Assembly: GCA_036785375.1 (NCBI GenBank) | Contig: JAWMAR010001726.1 | Location: 1-64,000 of the forward strand | Source: Leucoraja ocellata | Lineage: Eukaryota | Direction: 5' to 3' | Length of the DNA stretch: 64,000 bases | Position numbers and translations under genes: made by a program | Shown here: positions 1 to 12,370 of the stretch, piece by piece | Position numbering within the stretch: position 1 is the first letter of the stretch | Layout of the letters: each line of letters opens with the position of its first letter | The notes under the pieces: model-generated | The model's database searches: none | Seen by the model: the letters and a program-made list of their open reading frames with translations, nothing else | Told to the model about the DNA's origin: nothing

Positions 1-1694
1 CTACATGCACACAATTCATTATATATTTCACCTATGCAACCCATACAGAGCTATGATACACTCACTGAACATCCTTATCCATGGAAAGTTACTCCAAATG
101 CCAGACCTTAAAAGCAAGGCTAACATCCATCTGCCACACTTGTAAAAGCTGATCAGAAAAGCTACAGCTCAGTTGGCAATCGAGTATTTTAAATTGGTTT
201 GTGGTCAGAGTTTGGAAGCACATCTAGAAGGGTTTGAGATGGCACAAGGCGTCACTGCTGAGGAAAGAGCCAGCGAGGAAGTTGCTGCTGGGAGATCCAT
301 TAAAAATAAGTGATAACTCAATGGCCATGTTAATCTTAAGAGCAGGCAGCATGTAAGTTTTAGGACTTTTTTTCTTCAAAGTCTGCTGCACACATTGGTG
401 ATGTTTCACCTAATCCAATGTTAATACTTTCTCCAAAAATCAATCTTGACCATCTTCTGCTCTCTCAAGCGCCTTCCTTAGCCGTGATGTTAAAATATTG
501 AATATATCTTGAAATAAGAAAAAAACACACATACACACATAACATATTGAGCTATTTCATTCAATTCATCATCCCTGTGCCATCTCTTTGAAGGAGCATT
601 CCAATGTGATCCAATTAGTGGCTGTTTTATCCAATTAGTCGCAGTCATCTGGTCTTTTCTCACAGTGCAGTAATTATTCCTTGTTGAACCTTCATTCAAG
701 TTTTTTTTTCATCATTGATTTTGTTAGCACCACTCTTTAAAAAAATCATAGCTTTGCAGATCTTAACAATTTATGAGAAGAAATTAAATTTAATCTCTCT
801 TCTAGTTATTATCCTTTTCTTTATTTTAATTTTGAGCTGGGGGCAACTATCTTTCGTGATGGAAAAGGCTTCTCCCTCTGCATTTGATCAAAATCTTAAA
901 TGTAAATCTAATAAACCTTCAACTAATTTCTTCTGCTGTAGATGAACCAGTGCCAACTTCCATAGCTTCTCAGCATAATTATATCATCCTGCACACCTTT
1001 CAAAGCTTTGAATTATTTTAAAAATGCAGTATACAGAACTCTACACGATTTTCAGTGATTTATAAACATTTAACTCCAAGTTCGTTTATTATTTATAAAG
1101 CTGACTATTCCAATATTTTTGTTTTGTTTTTAATCAGCTTCATCAACACATTATTTTAAAGTGTGTCCATGTAAACCAATAGATCCTTGTATTTCTGCAT
1201 ATCTTTTGAAGATTGTACCATTTTTATTTATAGTATGCTCTTTCATTCTTCCTCTCAAAAAATGAATCAATTCACTATTCTTTACATTAGATATGATCTG
1301 TCAGGTCTGTCAATTCAATCAGGCTGTCTATGGCCTCCTTTATTCAGCTTCAACCATTGCCTGAATTTCCAAGTTTTGTCTCATCCATGGGATGTAAAAA
1401 TACGCCTGTATGCATGAACTCAGATCTATATGAAAAGGATCAGTGTGAAACATAAAATACAGAAGCACGTGAAGTTAGTACTATTTATGCTCCACCAGTT
1501 GTTGCCCAGCTACTTGTAAGATCAAAAAATAGGTAATTCCAACTTGAAGAACAATGTTAAACTTCCCTCAAAAGTAGGAAGAAAAAAGAATGACTTCAAA
1601 ATAATTTGCCCCAACATTAATTAATTCTAACTTTAACTCATTTTAGTTTTAATTGATTTTAATTTTAACTAATTTTAATTCTGTAAAAGCAAAT

Positions 1695-1830
1695 GCTGCA
1701 TGCTTAGCCTCCTGGTCTACTCTCTTTATACACATGACTGTGTAGCTAAGCACATCTCAAATTTCATCTATCGTTTTACCAATGACACCACTGCATTGGA
1801 CAAATCACTGGTGGCGATGATGAGTTCGAC
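1695..1830 (+). mobile_element. Rex1/Babar-type LINE reverse-transcriptase fragment (decayed)
   Basis: Translates as LSLLVYSLYTHDCVAKHISNFIYRFTNDTT, matching the Rex1/Babar RT motif LSPLLxSLYTHDC...KFADDTT. Confidence 0.75.
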
Positions 1831-1832
1831 AA

Positions 1833-3580
1833 TAACAATAGACAATAGGTGCAGGAGTAGGCCATTCGGCCCTTTGAACAGGCACCACTATTCAATGTGA
1901 TCATGACTGATCATCTACAATCAGTACCCTGATCCTGCCTTCTACCCATATCCCTTGACTCCGCTATCTTTAAGAGCGCTATCTAACTCTTAAAAAGTAT
2001 TTCCTCATCTGCATTCCAAATGGCTTACCCCTTATTCGTGAACTGTGCCCCCTGGTTCTGGACTCCCCCAACATCAGGAACATGTTTTCTGCCTCTAGCG
2101 TATCCAAACCCTTAATAATCTTATATGTTCCAATAAGATCCCCTCTCATCCTTCTAAATTCCAGAGTGTACAAGCCCAGCCGCTCCATTCTATCAACATA
2201 TGACAGTCCCGCCATCCCGGGAATTAACCTTGTGAACATACGTTGCACTCCCTCAATAGCAAGAATGTCCTTCCGTAAATTTGGAGACCAAAACTGCAAG
2301 CAATATGCCAGGTGTGGTCTCATTAGGGCCCTGTACAACAGCAGAAGGACCTCTTTGCTCCTATACTCAGCTCCTCTTTTAAAGGCCAACATGCCATTCG
2401 CTTTCTTCACTGCCTGCTGTACCTGCATGCTTACTTTCAGTGACTGATGAACAAGGACCCCAGATCTCGTTGCACTTCCCCTTTTCCCAAGTTGACACCA
2501 TTTAGATAATAACCTGCCTTCCTGTTTTTGTCACCAAAGTGGATAACCTCACATTTATCCACATTAAACTGCATCTGCCCACTCACCCAACCTGTCCAAG
2601 CCACCCTGCATCCTCATAGCATCGTCCTCACAATTTACACTGCCACCCAGCTTTGTGTCATCTGCAAATTTGCTAATGTTACTTTTAATCCCTTCATATA
2701 AATCATTGACGTATATTGTGAATAGCTGCGGTCCCAGCACGAAGCCTTGCAGTACCTCCCGACTGGACTATTGCAACTCACTTCTCCTTGGCATCAACTC
2801 CACCTACATCAACCGACTCCAACTGGTCCAGAACGCAGCTGCCCAACTCATCACCCACACCAAATCCTGGCATCACATCACTCCAGTCCTCAAACAACTT
2901 CACTGTCTTCCCATCTCCCACCGGATCACTTACAAAATCCTGATACTCACCTACAAAGCCCTCCACCATCAGGCCCCCCCCCATATCTCACTGACCTCCT
3001 CTCCCCCTACCAACCCTCACGGTCCCTCAGATCCACATCAGCTGGTCTCCTCTCCATCCACGTCCAACCTCTGCAGTTTTGGGGACAGCCTTCTCCAGGG
3101 CAGCTCCCAGGCTCTGGAACTCCCTCCCCCAACTGATCCGCAATTCCGTGTCCCTCACCATCTTCCAGTCCCACCTCAAGACCCATCTCTTCACCTCTGC
3201 CTATCCTTAGCCCCACGTGCCGTCCCTTTTCATCTGTGCATTAATTGCCTCATATTGTGTTTTGTATTGAATTCTGTATTTACTTTGTGTACTAGTCATG
3301 TCTCTACTATTTATTTCATTCCCCTTACATGTTTTTCCTCTACCTGCTAAATTTTTGTAAGGTGTCCTTGAGACTCTTGAAAGGCACCCATAAATAAAAT
3401 GTATTATTATTATTATTATTATTAATCCACTAGTCACTGCCTGCCATTCTGAAAGGAACCCGTTAATCCCTACTCTTTGTTTCTTGTCTGTCAACCAATT
3501 TTCGATCCATGTCAGCACCCTATCCCCAATACCATGTGCTCTAATTTTGCCCACTAATCTGCTATGTAGGACATTGTCAG
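1833..3580 (-). mobile_element. CR1 LINE, 5'-truncated, split by an L2 insertion
   Basis: Minus ORF 1979-2428 (RPHLAYCLQFWSP...RRMRGDLI) is the CR1 ORF2 C-terminus, with a (CTATTGT)n-type 3' tail at ~1833. CR1 sequence resumes at 3427 (WIENWL...QRVGING). Confidence 0.92.
2757..3426 (+). mobile_element. L2 LINE 3' fragment nested in CR1
   Basis: SRLDYCNSLL...LQLVQNAAA...HITPVLKQLH.LP...YKALH is the L2-clade ORF2 C-terminus. Ends in AATAAA plus an (ATT)n tail at 3402-3426. Confidence 0.9.
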
Positions 3581-3889
3581 GTTTGCCAACAAAAGGGAGA
3601 TAGAACATCAGGTCAAGTGTTGCCCAAATAATAGCCTCCATAAGATGAAGGAGCTAATTGTTGAGTGCCTAAGATCATTGTGTACCATAGTCAATGAGGA
3701 AGCATAACTACTCTGCATGATTACTTGTTCCATTGGCCTTTCCAAACTGGGCTTGCAAGTCTCAAAAGACAATTGTGACAAGCCAGGGACAAATCAATCT
3801 CCTGACTGTACTTAGCAAGGGTGGAAGCTTTACATCTAAATTTACACATCAAAAGTTAATACTATAGATCCCACACAGAGGATAGAGCG

Positions 3890-4775
3890 AGCTTTAAAAA
3901 CTGGATTAGAGGATATCAACTACAGGGCGAGGTTAAGCACGTAGTTTGTTTTCTCTGGAATGTCGAAGGTTATAAGCAGACTTCAAAGGAGTATGTAAAA
4001 TTATGGGAGCATAGATAGGGTAGGCAGTCAGAGCCTATTTCCCTTGATGGAAATGCCTAATACTTGAAGGCATAGCTTTAAGGTGAAAGGGGCACAGTTT
4101 TGAAGGGGATATGGGAGGGGGTTGGGGGGATTTAATTTGCAGGGTATGGTGAGCACAAGGAACTTGTCACTGGGGCTGGTACTAGATGTGGATATGATAG
4201 TAACATTTAAAATTTTTGGATAAGCACATGGATTTGCAAGAAATTGAGTGATATGGATTATGTGCATTTAGTTAAGGGTTGGTCTTGGCATCATGTTCAG
4301 CACACATATTGTGGGCTGTATGGCTTGTTACATTGCTGTACTGTTCAATGTTCCATGTTCCTAGAAATAATGAAATCAATAAAAAAAGAAGAAAATATAA
4401 AAAGAGTACATCAGCAAGAAATTTAAAAATATGTTTGGTGATCTTCTGTAAGCATTTAACAAGCAAGAAAAAAAACATAATCAGATTTGGGGCAGAAACT
4501 ATAACAACATTTAAAAGACAAGGTAGACAAAAGTGCTGGAGAAATCCAGCAGGTGCAGCAGCATCTGTGGTGCGAAGGAAATAGGCAACGTTTCGGGCCA
4601 AAACCCTTCTTCAGGGAGAAGAAAGAGATTTAAAAGACACTTGGACAGATACTTCGATAGGAAAAGTTTGGATAGAGATGGGCCAAACATGAGCAGGTGG
4701 GACTAGTTTAGATGGGGCATCTTGATCAGCATGAGCAAGTAGGGCCAAAGGCCTATTTCCATGCTCTATGACTAT
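3890..4775 (+). mobile_element. Decayed CR1 3' fragments (two pieces)
   Basis: Degenerate CR1 3' sequence (cagagcctatttccc...agggcatagctttaaggtgaaaggggca...; catttaaaagacacttggacag...gggccaaaggcctatttccatgct). Confidence 0.7.
4521..4627 (-). mobile_element. Penelope-like pLTR micro-insertion with hammerhead-like core
   Basis: 12-bp TSD ATTTAAAAGACA (4509-4520 / 4628-4639). Minus strand reads CTGAAGAAGGGTTTTGGCCCGAAACGTTG. Confidence 0.8.
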
Positions 4776-5636
4776 CAGTCATCATAAATAGCTGGATTCC
4801 ATTATTTAGAAATAATGACATTTTATATCTGAGAAAGAGAGAGCTTTGATACTACTGGCAGCTATTCATTCCAACAAACATGACAACAAGCATTGAACAC
4901 TTTTTTTCTTAATCTCTAACAACAAGGACCTCATTACAAATATTCACGTAATAATATTGCTGCATCTTATGACAAATTGGACGCGTAATTACATAGTAAT
5001 ATACCACATGGTTTTCTCCCTTTGAAGAAAACTTTATACATATTTATAAACAGTCATTACAGAACTTGGCCTGAGTAAGCCTTGGGACTGCCCGTTAACA
5101 ACAAAGAATGGATTATTAGCCATATGTCCTTCTTCACAATGGAACTATCTGAAACCATGTCACTCTGCAATGCTAATAACTTGATGACAATTAGGATGGT
5201 AACCTTCAAAACCCTTATAACATTTTTATTTGAACATGATATCTTTAAAGTGCTGAAAATGCCATAATTTATTATCAATCAAAAATGTCCTGGAATTGAG
5301 ACCAGTTTTAGTCATATGGCAAGAATGGCAGATTTCCTCCACTGAGGAAAATGAGTGACCAGCTTATTTTGAAGAATTCCAGATTTATTTAATTCTTGAA
5401 TTTAAGTTCTCCATTTAGAGGGATTCAAACTTGTGCCCTGGATCAATGGTCCAGAAATGAGGGTGTTGATCCACTAATTTAACCCTTACAGGAATTTCCT
5501 CCGTTGACTCACAATACAATTATTTGTGGCATAATTGCCATAAAAAACAAGGTCTATGTCCCTTCAAGATGTGAAATATCATGCAGATTCAGTGTGTGAG
5601 CAATGGGAAATATGTTCATACTGTGCATTCAAGACT

Positions 5637-5762
5637 ACATAGAAACATAGAAAATAGGTGCAGGAGGAGGCCATTTGGCCCTTTGAGCCAGCACCGCCAT
5701 TCATTGTGATCATGGCTGATTGTCCCCAATAATAACCCATGCCTGCCTTCTCCCCATATCCC
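5637..5762 (-). mobile_element. CR1 3'-end fragment
   Basis: catagaaacatagaaaataggtgcaggag... is the reverse complement of the CR1 3' end with its (TTCTATGT)n tail, as at 42540-42607. Confidence 0.85.
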
Positions 5763-5801
5763 TACACTTTTGTATTTTGTTTTACAAGCTATTGATCCAT
5801 A

Positions 5802-6088
5802 AGGGTAGCACAGCAGTAGAATGGCTGCCTCACAGCGCCAGGCACCCAGGTTTGTTCCTGACTACGGGTGCTGTCTGTAGAGTTGGTACATTTTCCCGGT
5901 GATGACGTGGGTTTTCTCTAGGTACTCTGGTTTCCTCCCACATTCCAAAATGCAGGTTTTTAGGTTATTTGGCTTCTGAGAAATGTCCTGAGTGTGTAGT
6001 ATAGAACTAGTGTGTGTGTGATTGCTGGTCGGCGTGGATTCGATGGGCTGAAGGACCTGTTTCCATGCTGTCTTTCTAAACAGAAAAC
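5802..6088 (+). mobile_element. tRNA-derived V-SINE (HE1-like)
   Basis: A/B-box-like head, central ggtttcctcccacattccaaa V-domain core, CR1-like tail; one of ~10 copies in the window. Confidence 0.85.
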
Positions 6089-6229
6089 TGATCTATCCTT
6101 TTTTTTGACATGATGAGTTGATAAAGTGGGCAACGCAATAGCAGACAGAATTTATTTCTGAAAATTATATGTGAATTTATTCCGTGAGGACTATCGAGAT
6201 GTGAATATTTTCAAAGTATTAAAGAAACT

Positions 6230-6720
6230 TTGCTGAGGAGAAAAGTCTCTCACTTAACTTTGGATAACTAATCAATTCCCCCCTCAGCCTTCTCCATTCA
6301 AAGGAAATCAAATATAACCTATTTGTTCTCTCCATGTAACTAAAGCATGCCATTCCAGGGAACGTCCTGGTGAATCTTCTCTGTACTCTCTCCAATTCAA
6401 TTATAACCTTCCTACAGTGTGGCGATGGAACTGTACATTATACTCCAGCTGTGGCCCAAACATGCTTTTTAAAGATAATTCATGTTCCCTTCAACTATGC
6501 CCTGGTTATAAAAGAACATTTCGATATGCCTTCTTCATCACCTTACCTACTTGTGCTGTCACCTTTGAGGTACCATGGATTTGTACATCAAAGCCCTTTT
6601 TTGGCAATACTCCATTGATCATACCATTCATTGTTTCATCCTATCCTTATGTGTCCTCTTAATGTGCATAACCTCACACTTATCAGTATTAATAATCTGG
6701 ATTGCCTTGCACATCTTCCC
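6230..6720 (-). mobile_element. Old decayed CR1 fragment
   Basis: Degenerate match to the reverse complement of the CR1 ORF2 3' region (gtgaatcttctctgtactctctcca...aactgtacattatactccag). Confidence 0.6.
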
Positions 6721-7419
6721 CGATCAATATCATTTTACAGAGACATAATGGCATAGAGCTACACAGCATGGAAACAGTCCCTTTGGCTTTCCCACCACTG
6801 ATGTCAGACTCACCAATCTGTACTTTGCTGGCTTGTCCTTGCATCTCTTAAATAATTGTACAACATTAGCCACCCTCCAGTCTTACCACAGAAGTATACC
6901 ACAGCAATAGGGCAATTTACAATTTCTGGTCTATATGGCACAGGATCCAACACACTTCCTGAACTCTCTACCCATAGTGATGGCTATCTACACTAATTCC
7001 ATTGTCAGGAGGATCAGCAATATCAATTCTCTTTATCAGAATCATTCTGCAGTGAAGAGCAGAATGCGAGTAAACACTAGGCCTCGGGCAGCAGATGTAT
7101 GGGTCTTGCTCTCAGAACTCATTCAAAATAGTTTAAAAGTTATTAAAAATAATGAATTAGAAATACCATTAAAAAAAATTCAGAAGTTTATGGTTAGTGA
7201 AGTGAAGTTCAGTAAACTCATGCAAATGAATGAGACCGAACTGATGACATCAGCCACTGTCATAAACCTCAGAGGTTCGATACTAAATACATCCAACTCT
7301 TAACTCAGCAGACCTGCTGCCCTGTGAGATGACACAACCAATTGTTCCTTAAGGAACCTTCTGTCTCAGTGGGCACAATCCAGACCCTTATGTGATAAAC
7401 AGAGTTAATCTTGTTGCAT

Positions 7420-8690
7420 GAATGGGAAAGACCACATATATAATAGAGGATATATCTAGTGAGGCATTTAAAAGAATGTTAGCTGATATAGTATTAGTGG
7501 ACAGTTAAAGGTATTTGCAAAAATGCCCAATGGTAGGTTGTTGCAGAAATTCAGGGTTCATGGATTTAGGGTAAAATGGGTTGAGAATTCGGTGAAAGAC
7601 TGAAATTGAAAAAAAATAGACATAAACAGGAAATTTGAAGACTGCCAAGCTGTTACTCATGAGTACGAAAGAATCAATGCTGAGCCAGATTCAATTACAA
7701 TCTAAATATATGACTTGGATAAAAACGTGAATGCAATCTTTCCAAGTCTGCTAATGACACTTTATACAAAGGAGGAGTAAAGTCAAAGGGATGTAGATCT
7801 TGAGTGGACAAAAGTTATCATAAACCATGAAAACATGGCTGTCCAGGAACAGGCCCTTTGGCCCACAATGTCCATGAGTCCAAATCAAACTAATCTCTGC
7901 CTGATGTGATCCATATCTCTACATATCCTTGTTCCCAAATCATGTGATAATACTAAAAAAAACACAATTATTCACTTTATTCGGGAAAATAAACAAACAG
8001 TGCTTCTTAAATGTTGAAAAATTAATTAATATTGAAGCTCAACATTTTTTAAATATTCTTGCACACTGAATAAAAAATTAATATCCACTATTTGCAACGA
8101 AAGAAACATGAATAGAATATTGCAAGCAGACTAATGTGCAATAGGAAGGAAGTCTTGCTGCAAGTCTTTCTTCGTTGAGAAAAATAACTGGATTACTATA
8201 GAAACATAGAAACATAGAAAATAGGTGCAGGAGCAGGCCATTCGGCCCTTTGAACCTGCGCCGCCATTCAATATGATCGTGGCTGATCATCCAACTCAGT
8301 ATCCTGTACCTACTTTCTCTCCATACCCCCTGATCCCTTTAGTCACAAGGGCCACATCTAACTCCCTCTTAAATATAGCCAATGAACTGGCCTCAACTGG
8401 CCTACAATGTGCAGTGTTGGCTCCTACATTCAAGTAAAGTTATTCCTGTCTTCGTGGTCTGCTATATATTGGTCTCCAGGAAATGTGGCTACTTGGTGCA
8501 ATAACATGATGCATTCTCCAAAAAATAAAAGATGGGTGAATTTACTGAAGCACAAAAGATTCTGAGAGCTTTATAAGGTGTGTGGTAAGATGCTGATTCC
8601 CTGAATAGAGAATCTAAGACTGCTGATCTAGATCTCAGGATAACATATCATTGAAAACATAGAAGATTTTTTTTTACATAATCATTTGCT
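7420..8690 (+). mobile_element. Old decayed CR1 with a younger minus-strand CR1 3' fragment (8198-8400) inserted
   Basis: Degenerate RT-like stretches (tttccaagtctgctaatgacac resembles SKFADDT). 8198-8400 is near-identical to the reverse complement of the CR1 end at 42410-42607. Confidence 0.6.
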
Positions 8691-8731
8691 TATCCTTGGA
8701 AATTTCTACACCAGAACACTTTCACTGCTCA

Positions 8732-8744
8732 TTTATCTATCTAT

Positions 8745-8779
<35 letters not shown>

Positions 8780-9090
8780 TCTATTTATTTACTTACTTAT
8801 TTGATTCTTTATTTCGAACAGAAAAAAAGAATAAAAAGCAAGTGTGAAACAGCATACAAAAAACAAAACAGGAATATTTATAAAGTGTCATAAACAATAT
8901 CTATAAATAAATGAAATCGTATGTGTCCGAAAAGGAGCAGGAAGAAGCCGAAGCTTATTAAATCCCATCCCTTATTCAACTGCTTATAATTATCTTATAC
9001 AAATTTAGCAGCTATATGTACACCATATGTACACCAGCAACTATATGTACAACAAATTATTTACATTTATACTCTAATCAAATATTTACA
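8732..9090 (-). mobile_element. (TATT)n microsatellite tail plus probable LINE 3' UTR (clade uncertain)
   Basis: (tatt)n run followed by ...cgaaaaggagcaggaagaagccgaagcttattaaatcccatccc, a pattern typical of minus-strand LINE 3' ends. Confidence 0.45.
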
Positions 9091-9156
9091 AATTTAGTGC
9101 ATTCATTTTTGGGGTTGATACATACTTTGATTGTTAGGGAATTCAGGCATATGGAA

Positions 9157-9256
9157 GGTAGACACAAAATGCTGGAGTAATTCAGTGGGACAGGCAGCAT
9201 CTCTGGAGAATTTATGTCTACCTTTGATTTAAATCAGCAGTTCTTTTCTACATACC
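9157..9256. mobile_element. Penelope-like micro-insertion with internally inverted pLTR pieces
   Basis: 14-bp TSD TCAGGCATATGGAA (9143-9156 / 9257-9270). ggtagacacaaaat... faces ...tttatgtctacc in inverted orientation. Confidence 0.75.
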
Positions 9257-11264
9257 TCAGGCATATGGAATCAGATAGAGAGATGTTAAACTTAAGGGTC
9301 AGACATGAGTCTAAGTTGTGAAGGAGGCTTGATGGACTGTGCAGCATGTTCTTGCTCCTTTTCTCTGTTTTTAGATGTATGTGGAAGCATTACTGTTCAT
9401 TTATAAATACATTTCCTACCCTGTTCCAAATATGCAATGTGACTCGTTAAGCCCATAGGTAACACCATGATTGGTATTCTTCTAAAAAGTATCTCTGTGA
9501 ACTTCAGTAGGGGAATACTGAAATTGGCTTGTGTTACATTCATTTTGACTAGCACATTCCCGCAATGGAATCATTTTATGTAGTAAATGACTGTATCTAC
9601 ACAACTTGTAGAAAGATATAGTAATTTACGGACATATGTTTATTTATAACCCAATGCTAAATAGATTATAACATTCTGTAAGTAGCAAATGAGAAGAACA
9701 TTCATTTTTTATATTCAAATTGAAAGCCACTGAGCAGTTTGATAATCGAAATTCAGCACCAACTTTTCAAAGCTGAACATTGGAAAATAACTTTTGCTTA
9801 GATGTAGCCATTTTATTTTAAGCTTAGAACATGCCTCCAGGCCTATGGGCCTTTAGATTTACTTATAGAGCAACTCCGCCAAGCGAACTATATTCGCAGT
9901 TAAGGTGAAACAAGTCTTCATTTTAAATGCAAATGGTCAGTTGAGGGAAATTTAAGAAACATAAACAAAATTACATGTATAAAATGGGTTATTTGGATGT
10001 TAGTTCATGACCGAAAAGCAAAGTTGGGGGTCATGGAGGTTTAAAATGCTGTGGGGTGAAGTTGTTCACAGTTAATGCATTGTGATGGAGTATGTAAAAT
10101 AGTGTCTGAGTTATAGTCCTCTAAACTGATATATGTAATTGGCATAAAATTGAATGTACCTTGATTCACTTGTATCCCACGTGCAAACTCAATCTCATTC
10201 TTGAAATCAACATTCAATTTGAATTCAAAAGACAATCTGCTCAATCTTTACTTCACCCTCAGACCCACCCCCAATTGATCACTTCCTTGATGCAAAATTT
10301 CATACGGAAAACTGCACACGGAAGAGAAATGAAAATTCACATTAAAAAATTGTTAACAATGCTTTGTATCCTTCCCACAAATGCACATTTATTTACAGGG
10401 ACCTTTTCTAAATTATGAATGCTTCATCTCTTCTCCCAAGCATCATAATGTTTGTGTAAATGGACATGCCGCCAAATCAGGAAACCAAAAAGCAAGTTGT
10501 TTTTGCAATGATAGTAAAAGCCAGTCCTTTCAGAGTCATCATTAAAATTAAATGAATCAATTAAAGTAAGTCAAAGTAGGATTATACAAGTGCGTTCTTA
10601 CCCAAAGTTCAGCTTCCTTCTGTCTACTCACTCTGCCATTAAGCAGCAACAGTTTTGTAGGCACTTCAGCAAATGAAGGAATCCGCCAGAGGTCACATGT
10701 ATGACTAATAATCTTAGCTAATCTTGCTGTACGTTGGGGAAGACAGCTATAGATTCTACACACAGCCTGCAAAGTTAAACCACATCCTGTTGGTTCAGCT
10801 TTTTTTTTTACATAAAATATCTACAAAGAGTGTTGTTAGATATTTTTTGAACTGCATCACACATTCAGGGACTTAAATGCATACCCTTCCTGAGGGAACA
10901 TTGATTAAAGAAGGGTTTAAACCCTAATGGGCATTTTATTATTTGACAACGGGCACCTGTGGCAACTTCTCCTTTTTTTTGGTCATATTTAGCAACTGCT
11001 GGCACAAATATTTTGCAAGCAGTAGAAAGTTCCAACCCATTAATCAAAACTGTTTCATTTTAAGAGTGCAACCTCTACTATTTGCATAAATACAAATTTT
11101 ATTTTCTATTCCAGTAATAGGTTTCATCAGCTGACATGATTTGTTCTCAAAGATTTACTTAGAATTTTATTTCATGGGATTTATAAATAGTTGGATCAAC
11201 AATTCATCATCACATCATTACATCTCAAAACATAACAGATTTGCACAATAAATATTTCAATATT

Positions 11265-11736
11265 CAGCGCCGACCACAGAATAGTACTGGGTACCATCCA
11301 CCGTGAAGCGTCGGATGTGGAACTGGACCTCTGCCTGCTTGAATCACACTTCGGGCTTCAATGTCCAGAGCACAGGCTACTTCAGGGAGACAACATTCTG
11401 CTGGGATGGATTGATAGTGACCTCGGGCTGTTGAGGTTGATATTTGGCTGCGTCCATTGTTTAAATCCAAAATTCCCGTTTTGGATCGTCGGGGTCACCA
11501 ATATGGTGGGCGAATAAGGAAGCCACGTGTGGTGAAACAAAGAGTTATTTTTTGACAAAGTAAAAAGAACAGCACACACACGAATGGGGGAAGGTTAACC
11601 CTGGGTTCATTATATGTACCAGGACACACCCCTAAATCCTGAGACAACTCCTTCCCGCCAAACCCAGTCATGTGACCCTGACCCCAACTGCCGAGGGTTC
11701 GCACAGTAAGTGGCCTAACTACCAGGTGGCACCACA
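11265..11736 (-). mobile_element. Gypsy LTR retrotransposon remnant: 5' LTR, PBS and gag N-terminus
   Basis: LTR 11736->11502 (TGTGGTG...CACCATA), PBS TGGTGACCCCGACG (11500-11487), then ATG at 11457 reading ...VSLK*PVLWTLKPEV*FKQAEVQFHIRRFTVDGTQYYSVVGA (Gypsy gag LKLPxFW..PExWFxQAExQF motif) with stops. Confidence 0.85.
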
Positions 11737-11968
11737 ATATTCCAGAAAAATCTATATAGAGAAAGGATTTTATCAATGATTAATTAGCAAGCGTTGGATA
11801 GACTAGGTTGTTTATGTTGAAAAGAGGTATTGGAATAGGTCTTAATGGATTAAATGTGAGTTCTCTATGTTGTAATTTGCAAGATTCTTAATTCAGAATA
11901 TATATGTTTTTCAATGCTATTCTATATTTCATACTATTTTAATCCTAATTTCTTAAGAATGTCTTAAT

Positions 11969-12012
11969 GTTATATGGTTATATGGTTATATGGTTACATG
12001 GTTATATGGTTA
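11969..12012. repeat. (GTTATATG)n microsatellite, CR1-tail-like
   Basis: Five copies of the 8-mer; the same motif forms the tail of the CR1 at 14369 (taaccatataac). Confidence 0.7.
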
Positions 12013-12077
12013 ATGAAGAAGGCAAGATTGTATCTGTCTGGATTTTCAAAAGATATTTGTAATAACTCGACTGATAT

Positions 12078-12370
12078 TAGTTTAGTTTAGAGATATGGCA
12101 AGGAAACAAGCCCTTCACTCCACTAAGTCTACACCAATGAACAATCAGAGTACACTAGTTCTATTCTATGCACTAGGGATAAATTTACATGAGCCAATTA
12201 ACCTGCAAACCTGCACATCTTGGGAATATGGGAGAAAACCAGAGCATCCAGAGCATACCCATGCGGTCAGAGGGATAAGTCTGTACAGACAGCACCTATA
12301 GTCAGGATCAACCCTGGGTCCCTTGTGCTGTAAGGCCACAACACCACACCTACACCATTGTGTCACCCGC
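12078..12370 (-). mobile_element. V-SINE (HE1-like)
   Basis: (TTTAG)n tail on the plus strand, core and tRNA-like head as reverse complement. Confidence 0.85.

Noticed and set aside
225-358. Purine-rich exon-like stretch with a downstream GTAAGT
   Set aside because: No polypyrimidine acceptor, an in-frame stop before the donor, and no recognisable protein.
6935-7303. 122-aa non-TE ORF (also 19949-20371, 18293-18682, 23166-23597)
   Set aside because: No domain motifs, AT-rich codon usage, and several run across repeat boundaries.
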